A stretch of DNA of 40,069 nucleotides, taken from the NCBI GenBank assembly GCA_051117555.1, contig JBNPEG010000015.1:18650-58718 (forward strand), written 5' to 3'. Both the position numbers and the translations under genes were made by a program. Position 1 is the stretch's first letter. Every line of letters starts with the position of its first letter. Shown piece after piece: positions 1 through 8,239 of this stretch. Below the pieces are notes generated by a model. It did no database searches. It had not been told where the DNA came from and worked only from the letters and a program-made list of their open reading frames with translations. This stretch comes from Elainellaceae cyanobacterium (GTDB taxonomy: Bacteria; Cyanobacteriota; Cyanobacteriia; CAZCXK01).

Positions 1-150
1 ATCGCTCACACCGTAAGCAAAGCGATCGCTCACACCGTAAGCAAAGCGATCGCTCACACCGTAAGCAAAGCGATCGCTCACACCGTAAGCAAAGCGATCG
101 CTCACACCGTAAGCAAAGCGATCGCTCACACCGTAAGCAAAGCGATCGCT
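1..150. repeat. 24-bp tandem repeat (ATCGCTCACACCGTAAGCAAAGCG), 6 copies plus a partial, truncated by the window edge
   Basis: Six identical units at 1-144, then ATCGCT. Each unit junction forms HIP1 (GCGATCGC). Confidence 0.97.
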
Positions 151-204
151 CCGTAAGCGTGAGAATCGGAAAGAGAAAAACCAAGCAGAAACAGGAAAAG
201 TATC

Positions 205-912
205 TTAAAACGGGAAGGGTTTCCAGGGAATCCATTGATTCCAGAGTTTCATCATTGTTCCATCGGCAATCAGCGCATCGAGTGTTTCGTTGAGGGCCTG
301 GTGAAGCTGAGGTTCTTCTTTGCGAACCGCAACACCAAATGGAACGCGAGTCGGTACGCTAAAGGCAATTTCCAAATCGGGGTCTTCGTCTGCGGCAACG
401 AGCAATACGAGTTCATCATCAATCAATGCATCGATGTCTCCGCGTCGTAGCGCTGCCAGCATGTCAGGTAAAACCTGATCGCTCCCTGGATAGGAAACCG
501 TTGTCACACCCGGAAACGTGGCTGCCAGCGCGATATTGGTGCTATCCGCAAGCCCTCCAACTTTCAGCCCCGCTAAATTGTCTACCGAATGAATCGATCG
601 CCCCGTTTTGACCAATACGGCTTCATCAAATAGCCCATATGGACGGGTGAAATGTGCCCATGCTTTGCGCTCGTCCGTGATGGCTTGATTAAACCAAACG
701 ACATCGTAGTGTCCGGTTTGGAGACTCAGATAAAAATCGTCCATTCGCAGGTTAAACCAGACGGGGGCTAGTCCGAGGCGATCGCACACAGCACGGGCCA
801 GATCAGGCTCATAGCCGAGTCGCTGATTGCCTTCGACATAGCTCATTGGTCGAGCATAAAAGTCGCTAGAGGCGATCGACAACTGGCCTGGTTTGACGGT
901 TGTAACATGCAT
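205..912 (-). CDS. Solute-binding-protein family 3 (amino-acid-type) fold protein, no signal peptide
   Basis: 235 aa with SBP_bac_3-like motifs: RPMSY, GYEPDLARAVCDRLG, LQTGHYDVV, ITDERKAWAHFTRPY, LRRGDIDAL, DGTMMKLWNQW. Confidence 0.85.
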   Translation of the reverse strand: MHVTTVKPGQLSIASSDFYARPMSYVEGNQRLGYEPDLARAVCDRLGLAPVWFNLRMDDFYLSLQTGHYDVVWFNQAITDERKAWAHFTRPYGLFDEAVLVKTGRSIHSVDNLAGLKVGGLADSTNIALAATFPGVTTVSYPGSDQVLPDMLAALRRGDIDALIDDELVLLVAADEDPDLEIAFSVPTRVPFGVAVRKEEPQLHQALNETLDALIADGTMMKLWNQWIPWKPFPF

Positions 913-1081
913 ACGTTTGTTTAGGGTTGGCAGAATAGAGGCAGCCGGGTAAGGCGAGCAGACTGTAGCAAACCGTAACGCTCACGGACACTGTCTATAA
1001 AAGCACCCGGCACAGTCTAACGATTAAACAGGCGAGAGAACCCATAAATCGTGCCCGAAAATACAGTTCTACAGTAGCGGC

Positions 1082-1095
1082 CTTGTTATAACAAG
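1082..1095. promoter_or_regulatory. Perfect 14-bp palindrome CTTGTTATAACAAG, candidate operator
   Basis: Exact palindrome in the divergent intergenic region, 38 bp upstream of the ATG at 1134. Function is inferred. Confidence 0.4.
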
Positions 1096-1133
1096 CACGG
1101 GATACGCCAAATTATATAGGGGGAAAGGGGCGT

Positions 1134-2036
1134 ATGATTCGCGAACCTATTCAGATTGGTGATGCACAAATCGCCCGGTTCCAAGATGACGGCTTCTTAG
1201 TCATCGAAAACCTGCTCGACGCAGATTGGGTGACGCGCATCACGGATCGACTTGATCCGTTATTTTCAGGAAAATTTGAAACAGGAATCTATCCAGACGA
1301 ATGGCACTGGCGACCTGGGATTGGCAAACCAGATGCCACCCGGCAAATGTGTAACGTCTGGAAAAGCGATCTCACGGTTGCCAGCATTACCCTCTCTGCA
1401 GAGCTTGGACGCATCATTACGCGCCTATCAGGATGGCCAGGAACTCGCATCGGGCAAGACAGCTTATGGATGAAGCCTCCCGGAGCGAAAGAAATTTCAC
1501 TACACCAAGACGCCACCTACATCAGTTACATCGATCCGCCCGAGATGACGACCTGCTGGATTGCTCTCGACGACATGACCGCTGAGATTGGCACCTTAGA
1601 ATATGCAAAAGGGTCGCATCAATGGCCCTTAGTGACGCAAACGGGTGAATTTCATGTGCCCTCAGAAGGCTACAGAGCCGCCATGGAACGCGCCGCTATG
1701 GAAGTGGGCATCGACCATCCCGAAATTATTTATATCGAGATTCCAGCAGGGAGCTGCGTCATTCACCACGGCAATGTGTGGCATGGCTCGGGAGCCAATC
1801 AGCATCCCAATCGCCCTCGTCGCAGCCTTTCTCTTCATGCGCTGCGATCCGATGCTGCATTTCAGCCGGGTGGAGGCGGCTATATCTATGGTCGCTATAA
1901 GCGCATTGGCGATACCACGATGGATGAAAGTTTTTTCCCGATTCTTTGGACACGCGATGGATATCGCACTCCATTCTTAGCGGATTATTGCGGTGATGCC
2001 TTGCAGGCCAAATCTCCTGAGGCTTTGGGTGTTTAG
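1134..2036 (+). CDS. Phytanoyl-CoA dioxygenase (PhyH) family Fe(II)/2-oxoglutarate dioxygenase
   Basis: FQDDGFLVIENLL start, HQD plus distal H (VWHGSGAN) facial triad, TCWIALDD, G-LEY-KGSH, RRSL. Purine-rich RBS upstream. Confidence 0.9.
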   Translation: MIREPIQIGDAQIARFQDDGFLVIENLLDADWVTRITDRLDPLFSGKFETGIYPDEWHWRPGIGKPDATRQMCNVWKSDLTVASITLSAELGRIITRLSGWPGTRIGQDSLWMKPPGAKEISLHQDATYISYIDPPEMTTCWIALDDMTAEIGTLEYAKGSHQWPLVTQTGEFHVPSEGYRAAMERAAMEVGIDHPEIIYIEIPAGSCVIHHGNVWHGSGANQHPNRPRRSLSLHALRSDAAFQPGGGGYIYGRYKRIGDTTMDESFFPILWTRDGYRTPFLADYCGDALQAKSPEALGV

Positions 2037-2046
2037 CAAGTAAATG

Positions 2047-2134
2047 TAGCAATCCTAGATGGGATGTGAGTGGTGGGGCGGGCAACGCCCGCTCCATCAC
2101 TCATACACACTTCACAAGCGATTTAAGATCGCTA
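2047..2134 (+). mobile_element. MITE-like dispersed repeat, family 1, copy A (88 bp)
   Basis: Imperfect terminal inverted repeats TAGCAATCCTAGAT / ATTTAAGATCGCTA and an internal GC-rich hairpin. Homologous to 12552-12612, 18224-18303 and 34911-34987. Confidence 0.75.
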
Positions 2135-2189
2135 TGGTTCAACCAAATTATGGTTTGATATGGATTGACATTGTGATTGATTGATCGAT

Positions 2190-3350
2190 ATGCATGAGGC
2201 GATCGCAGGCATCTATAGCTTCTCATTTCCCACGTCGATTCGGTTTGGAGTGGGGTCTCGTCACGATATTCCGGAGGCGCTGAGCATCAATGGCGTTCAG
2301 CGACCAATGGTTGTGACCGATCGTGGAGTTGCCCCCTTACCGTTTTTTCAAGATATTCTCACTGAGCTTAGGTCTGCGAGCTTCTTAGTCGGCGTTTTTA
2401 GTGACCTAGAGGGAAATCCCGTTAAATCTCAGGTGACTGCCGGTGTCGAGGCGTTTCATGACCATGAAGCCGATGCCATTCTTGCCATTGGTGGTGGGGC
2501 TGCGATGGATGTTGCCAAGGCGATCGCCCTGATGGTGTATCATCCAGGCGACCTGTTTGACTACGAAGACGGCAAACCCGATGCCCGCCCCGTCGATCAG
2601 CCCATTCCGTATCTAGCTGCTATCCCAACAACAGCCGGAACGGGCAGCGAAGTAGGGCGCAGTACCGTCATTTCTGACGACGAGACTCATGCGAAGACGA
2701 TCATGTTTTCGCCGCGTATTTTGCCTCAGCAGGTGTTTGCCGATCCTGAACTGCTAGTTGGGTTGCCACCCCAGATCACGGCTGCGACCGGCATGGATGC
2801 GCTGACGCACAATGTGGAAGCTTATCTTGCAAGAGGGTATCAGCCCATGTGTGACGGCATCGCTCTCGAAGGCGTGCGTCTGGTTGGCAAATATCTGGCT
2901 CGGAGTGTTCATCACGGGGATGATCTCGAAGCGAGAAGCGCGATGCTAGCTGCCGCAATGATGGGCGCGGTCGCCTTTCAAAAAGGGCTCGGCGTGACTC
3001 ATTCCTGTGCTCATGCCCTTTCGACAGTCTATGACTTACACCACGGGCTTGCCAATGCCTTGATGATTCCCTATGCGATGCAGTTTAACTTAGCAGCGGT
3101 GCCTGATAAGTTAGCGATGCTGGCAAAGGGGGTTGATGCGCGATCGCCATCCGGGGAAGGATTTATCACATGGCTAGAGTCGTTACGAAAAGAGATTGGC
3201 ATTCCGACAACGCTGGCTAGCGTAGGGGTTCAGTCTGACAAGCTAGAAAGGCTTGTTGAAGTTGCCTACGCAGATGGCTGTCATCCCTTGAATCCGAGGG
3301 TTTGTACGCCGGAAGACATTCGCGAGATTTATCTAGCAGCACTGGGATGA
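2190..3350 (+). CDS. Iron-containing alcohol dehydrogenase
   Basis: Motifs FPTSIRFG, GGGAAMDVAK, PTTAGTGSE, DALTHNVE, HSCAHAL, HHGLANA. ATG at 2190 preferred over TTG at 2181. Confidence 0.92.
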   Translation: MHEAIAGIYSFSFPTSIRFGVGSRHDIPEALSINGVQRPMVVTDRGVAPLPFFQDILTELRSASFLVGVFSDLEGNPVKSQVTAGVEAFHDHEADAILAIGGGAAMDVAKAIALMVYHPGDLFDYEDGKPDARPVDQPIPYLAAIPTTAGTGSEVGRSTVISDDETHAKTIMFSPRILPQQVFADPELLVGLPPQITAATGMDALTHNVEAYLARGYQPMCDGIALEGVRLVGKYLARSVHHGDDLEARSAMLAAAMMGAVAFQKGLGVTHSCAHALSTVYDLHHGLANALMIPYAMQFNLAAVPDKLAMLAKGVDARSPSGEGFITWLESLRKEIGIPTTLASVGVQSDKLERLVEVAYADGCHPLNPRVCTPEDIREIYLAALG

Positions 3351-3532
3351 CTCGGCAACACGATAAGAGGGGCGATCGCTTCACTAGAACTTTATAAAAC
3401 TGGGGGATATATCCCCCCTCTCTGTGAAGATTGTGCAAACTTTCCTGATCCCGCCCTCGTGTGTAACTAAAAGCGCATCTACTCCTTCTCATAAACAACT
3501 ATAAGTAGTTATACGGTCATCCAAGTCTTGCA

Positions 3533-4225
3533 ATGGGGTTGCTCCGAATGACCCAATACACACAAGTTGATAATCTTACTGCGATTCGTATTTCTCCTGC
3601 CTTACTTTTTAAAGATATTCATCCGTCAATCTGTTGCCCTTACAAGCGTCTGATCGACATATTCGGGAGCGTTGTTGGACTTCTGATCTTATCCATCATA
3701 TTTATTCCAATTGCGATCGCCATCAAGCTCGACAGCCCGGGTCCGATTTTTTATAAGCAAGAAAGATATGGGCTGCACGGACGAACGTTTGTGATTCGGA
3801 AATTTCGTTCGATGGTGCCCAACGCCGATGAATTGAAAGCCTTAGTACCGAATGAGGCAAAAGGCTTGATTTTCAAAAATGAGTCTGATCCTCGCATTAC
3901 TCGCCTCGGCGCATTCTTACGTAGAAGCAGTCTCGATGAATTCCCTCAGTTCTGGAATGTCCTGATTGGAGATATGAGCCTGGTAGGAACTCGTCCCCCA
4001 ACTGCCGACGAAGTCAGTCGATATAGCGATCGCCACTGGCAACGACTCAGCGTTAAACCGGGTCTGACTGGAGAATGGCAGGTTAGCGGACGTTCGAATA
4101 TCAAAGACTTCGAGAAAATTGTTGATCTCGATCTCAACTATCAGACTCGATGGAGTCCCATTTACGACCTAGTTTTGATCTGGAAAACAATTCGCGTCTT
4201 GATCTTTAAAGACGGTGCCTTTTAA
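3533..4225 (+). CDS. Bacterial sugar transferase (monotopic phosphoglycosyl transferase)
   Basis: KRLIDI followed by a hydrophobic helix, then KFRSM, DPRIT, SLDEFPQFWNVLIGDMSLVGTRP, KPGLTG-WQVSGRS. The start could be 3548. Confidence 0.92.
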   Translation: MGLLRMTQYTQVDNLTAIRISPALLFKDIHPSICCPYKRLIDIFGSVVGLLILSIIFIPIAIAIKLDSPGPIFYKQERYGLHGRTFVIRKFRSMVPNADELKALVPNEAKGLIFKNESDPRITRLGAFLRRSSLDEFPQFWNVLIGDMSLVGTRPPTADEVSRYSDRHWQRLSVKPGLTGEWQVSGRSNIKDFEKIVDLDLNYQTRWSPIYDLVLIWKTIRVLIFKDGAF

Positions 4226-4472
4226 TGAATCACACACCATAAGCCGCAAAACAACTTAACTCTTCTAAGATTTGCAAGCATTCTGGCAAGGTGTCCCACT
4301 AGATTGTCTACAACTAGAAATAGGGGGCAGCATTGTGTAATGTAAAGAAGAATTGCCGCATCGTTGGCAGAGTTAGTCTGTTGGGTCGGGTTTAAGTGCA
4401 GCAATCTGTCTTGATTACTTTTGATTAATGGATGTAGGCTGCCTCCAAATCTGATATTTGGAGAGATGCATT

Positions 4473-5012
4473 ATGTTTAGCAAAATTTTAGTGGGTCTTG
4501 ACACCTCTGATATGCATCGGCATGTCTTTGAGGAATCTGTGGCGATCGCAAAAGCAAACCATAGTAAGTTAATGCTGCTACACGTCCTATCTCCTGAGGA
4601 AGAAGGCAGCCCAGGGCTTGCCCTATATGCAGGACCTAGCGTGTATCCCGTTCCCGATGAAGCCTATCTTGCAGCCTATCGCCAACAGTGGGACGATTAC
4701 GAAAAACAGGGGTTACAATTTCTGCAAACTCTCACCAACGAAGCTACCGAAAAAGGGATTTCCACGGAGTTTACCCAAGATTTTGGCAACCCTGGACAAC
4801 GCATTCGACAGATGGCTAAAACCTGGGATGCTGACCTGATTGTGCTAGGGCGACGAGGGCGTTCGGGACTAACCGAGCTGTTTTTAGGCAGCGTTAGCAA
4901 CTATGTCATGCACCATTCGAAATGCTCTGTGCTCATTGTTCAGGGAGATGGTGCCCCCCAATCTGCCGATTCACAATCAGAGAAAGAAGAAATGACATCC
5001 GCATCTGAATAG
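4473..5012 (+). CDS. Universal stress protein (Usp family)
   Basis: MFSKILVGLD, LMLLHV, ADLIVLGRRGRSGLTELFLGSVSNYVMHH. GGAGAG RBS precedes the ATG at 4473. Confidence 0.93.
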   Translation: MFSKILVGLDTSDMHRHVFEESVAIAKANHSKLMLLHVLSPEEEGSPGLALYAGPSVYPVPDEAYLAAYRQQWDDYEKQGLQFLQTLTNEATEKGISTEFTQDFGNPGQRIRQMAKTWDADLIVLGRRGRSGLTELFLGSVSNYVMHHSKCSVLIVQGDGAPQSADSQSEKEEMTSASE

Positions 5013-5299
5013 GCTCTGAATTGGGCATCTGAATGGGCATGGCGGAGGGTCTCTCCCCTCTGACATCCAATCCGGTGAGTTCAAATGTCCGAAGCTATAG
5101 TACATTCAGGATGGGTGCTATGTGCCCAAGGATGCCTCCTCAGGACCTCCTCAGGATTGTAGGCTCCGTTTGAAAGGTGCTCTATTAATGATGATGATGA
5201 AGTAAAACGTTGAGGGTTATAGTCGAAGTTGAACGGTTTCTGCGACGGACTTATCTACAATGGGTAGATTGGGAGGCGTTATCACAATAGGTAAAGGCA

Positions 5300-8110
5300 G
5301 TGGCAATGAAGCGTCAGAACATTAGTATCCTCGCAATTATCTCTTGGAGCAGCGTTTTTCTCGCATTTTTGTTGCTCTCTGCCGGCACAGTCTACGCTCA
5401 ACCGATGCGCTCTGATAGTTCGATGTTGCTGGCTCAAGCGACTGATACTGAGGGGGCCTCGGCTGACGATCTAGAACAGCTTCGTCAAGATCTAGAGCAG
5501 CTTTCGAGGCAACTTCAGCGCGAGCGGGATGCTCAGGAACGCGAGCGGGAGCTACAGGCAGAGTCGCAGGCAGCCGCCAACCGTTCAATCAGCCGCACCA
5601 CAACGCTGTTTAACGTGATGCTAGCTGTGTTAGCGCTTCTATTGGCAGCGGCGATCGCCGGTTTGTATCTTCTGCGCCGCTCGGTTATTCGAGAAGTGAC
5701 CGAAATCGTTCAATCTCATCTGAAAGAACTCGGCGATCTAAAAGGGCAAATTGACAGCGCAAAGCAGGAAGTCGGAACGATTCTCCGCGATTTTGAAGAC
5801 TTTGCAGATGAAACGGGTGAAGAAGCCGATACGTTTCAGAAACAGGTCAACGCTCGTAAAGAATCACTCAATCAGCTATCGGGGGAGTTAACTCAAGTCA
5901 AGCAAGAGGCGATCGAGTCATTACAGGCGACCCTAGAATCCGCTCAGCAGACTCTAGCGAATCTAGAGGGTGAGTTTGCGTCACGAATCGCTGCTCTTCA
6001 GTCTGAGGTCTTGGGGCAAAAAGATTCGGTGATTCAAAAATTTCGCAATTCAGAATCAGAGTTTGCCGCACAATTGGCAGAGTTTCAAAGCAATGCATCT
6101 CGACAAAAAGATGCAGTCTTTGAACATCTTGGCAACCTGGAGGCTAGATTATTGCCCCAGCTTGACGAACTTCGTTCAGACGTACAATCACAGGTTCGTC
6201 AACACAAAGACACAACGGTTCAAAATCTGACGCAACTCGAACGCGAATTTGGTGAGCAGTTAGACGAATTGCAGTCGAGCACCTATGGACAACGAGAACA
6301 AATCCTGGAGAATTTGAAGCGCTTAGAGGCTGAATTCTCAACTCTGTTGGTTGAACTGAGAACGGGGGCAATCGAGCAAAAGGATGCTGCCTTCGGGCGA
6401 TTCAAGCAAATCGAAGCTGAGTTACGCGAGCAAATCTCGGCATTGCGTGCCAATGTAGAATCCCAACGGGATGAAATTCAACAATCTCTTCAACGGTTGC
6501 AGGGTGATTTTACTGCCCAGCTATCTGAGTTTCAGGCCGATACAGAATCGCAGCGAAATTCAATTCGAGGCACGCTAGAACGATTAGAGTCAGAATTTGA
6601 AACGCAACTCTCCGAGCTGCAAACTGACGCTCAGGCTCAAAAAAATGCAGTCCGCGACAATCTGCAACGACTAGAAGAGGAGTTTGAGTCACAGAAGGCG
6701 GCGTTACAGTCTGAAGGTCAAAGTCGAAAAACCGAAATTCGTGACAATCTAGAGCAGCTTCAGTCAGAGATTTCTTCGCAGCTTTCAGCATTGCAAACGT
6801 CGGCAGAAAATCGCCAAAAAATCCTCTTTGAGAATCTAGAAAAAGCAGATGCTGAGCTGTCTGACCAACTGGCAGACATTAAGTCGATCGTGAAAGACCA
6901 GAAGGAAAAGCTGCGTCACAATGTTGAGAGTTTAGAATCAAAATTTGCATCTAAGCTGTCCGAGTTGGAATCTGGTGCGGAAGGGCAGCGAGAAGCCACC
7001 CTCGAAACCTTTAAGACCCTTGAGCGAGACATGGCAGAACGGCTCACCGCCTTTGAGTCTGATGCTCAAGCTCAAAAAGATGCGATCTTAAAGAAACTAG
7101 CTGAAATTACACCCGAATTTATTGCAGATTCGTTTGTCAGCGAGGCGCAGCAGAAATTTAAGAATCTAACCGAGCAGCTCGATGTCTTGAAGTCCAACAA
7201 TCCAGAGCTGTTTTTGACGATTGATGATTACGTTAAGGAAGCAGACGCATTATTTGAGAGGGGGCGCTATGACGAGGCGATCGCCACCTATGATAAAGCG
7301 CTTGAGATCAAGCCCAATACTTTTCGATTGTGGTATCAGCGGGGTTTAGCCTTTGAAGAACTGCGCCAATTTGATGAGGCGATCGCCTCCTATGATAAAG
7401 CCATCGACATTAGCCCCGATGATCCCAATCCTTGGTATCACCGGGGGCTATTGCTCAAAGAACTCCGGCAGTTTGAAGCAGCCGTTGCCGCCTTCGATGA
7501 AACCGCGCAAATTCAGCCCAGTGATCACAAAGCATGGCTTAATCGAGGCATCTCCCTGAATCGACTAAAACGCCGTGACGAGGCGATCGCCTCCTTTGAT
7601 AAAGCTGTTGAAATCAAGCCCGATTACCACGAAGCATGGGTCAATCGAGGTGTAGCACTGGGCATCCTGCAGCGACATGATGAAGCCTTTGAATCGTTTG
7701 ATAAAGCCGTACAGGCGCAAGATGACGATGCGGTCGCTTGGTTTAATCGAGGGTTGGCACTAGAAGAGCTCAAACGCTATGACGAGGCGATCGCTTCCTT
7801 TGATAAAGTGATTCAGCTCAATCCTACCTCGCCCAAGGCGTGGGTTAATCGGGGCGCCTGCCTGATTCAACTGCGTGATTATCGGGAAGCGATTCTCAGT
7901 TTTGAGAAGGCACTAGACTTGCAGCCTGACTTTGCACCTGCCTACTACAACAAGGCGATCGCGCAAATTCGTCGCAACGAGATTGATCCAGGCTTAGAAA
8001 GTCTTCAGCAAGCGATTGATCTAAATCCTCGCTATCGCGAAGAAGCCAGAACAGAACCTGCCTTCGACCGGATGTGGAGCGACGACTGGTTTAGACAACT
8101 GGTCGAATAG
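5300..8110 (+). CDS. Membrane-anchored coiled-coil-rich protein with about 8 C-terminal TPRs
   Basis: Signal-peptide-like N-terminus (TVYA-Q), a TM segment (LFNVMLAVLALLLAAAIAGLYLL), a long helical repeat region, then AW-NRG...EAIASFDKA repeats. The start could be 5306. Confidence 0.88.
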   Translation: MAMKRQNISILAIISWSSVFLAFLLLSAGTVYAQPMRSDSSMLLAQATDTEGASADDLEQLRQDLEQLSRQLQRERDAQERERELQAESQAAANRSISRTTTLFNVMLAVLALLLAAAIAGLYLLRRSVIREVTEIVQSHLKELGDLKGQIDSAKQEVGTILRDFEDFADETGEEADTFQKQVNARKESLNQLSGELTQVKQEAIESLQATLESAQQTLANLEGEFASRIAALQSEVLGQKDSVIQKFRNSESEFAAQLAEFQSNASRQKDAVFEHLGNLEARLLPQLDELRSDVQSQVRQHKDTTVQNLTQLEREFGEQLDELQSSTYGQREQILENLKRLEAEFSTLLVELRTGAIEQKDAAFGRFKQIEAELREQISALRANVESQRDEIQQSLQRLQGDFTAQLSEFQADTESQRNSIRGTLERLESEFETQLSELQTDAQAQKNAVRDNLQRLEEEFESQKAALQSEGQSRKTEIRDNLEQLQSEISSQLSALQTSAENRQKILFENLEKADAELSDQLADIKSIVKDQKEKLRHNVESLESKFASKLSELESGAEGQREATLETFKTLERDMAERLTAFESDAQAQKDAILKKLAEITPEFIADSFVSEAQQKFKNLTEQLDVLKSNNPELFLTIDDYVKEADALFERGRYDEAIATYDKALEIKPNTFRLWYQRGLAFEELRQFDEAIASYDKAIDISPDDPNPWYHRGLLLKELRQFEAAVAAFDETAQIQPSDHKAWLNRGISLNRLKRRDEAIASFDKAVEIKPDYHEAWVNRGVALGILQRHDEAFESFDKAVQAQDDDAVAWFNRGLALEELKRYDEAIASFDKVIQLNPTSPKAWVNRGACLIQLRDYREAILSFEKALDLQPDFAPAYYNKAIAQIRRNEIDPGLESLQQAIDLNPRYREEARTEPAFDRMWSDDWFRQLVE

Positions 8111-8239
8111 GCATTGTTTGCATTAATGAATGCATGAATTTTTCGTAGACTGGGATGTCACCAGGAAACCCGTTAAATCAAATTGGGGACAATAGAAGTA
8201 GTTTGCATCTTTAACGCGCAAATTGCCAAAACATCGACT

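Noticed and set aside
1..150. CRISPR array at the left edge
   Set aside because: The units are head-to-tail and identical, with no spacers.
944..1018. HDV-like ribozyme
   Set aside because: The crossed helices fit the P1/P2 order, but there is no proper P3/L3, P4 or catalytic C-containing J4/2 on either strand.
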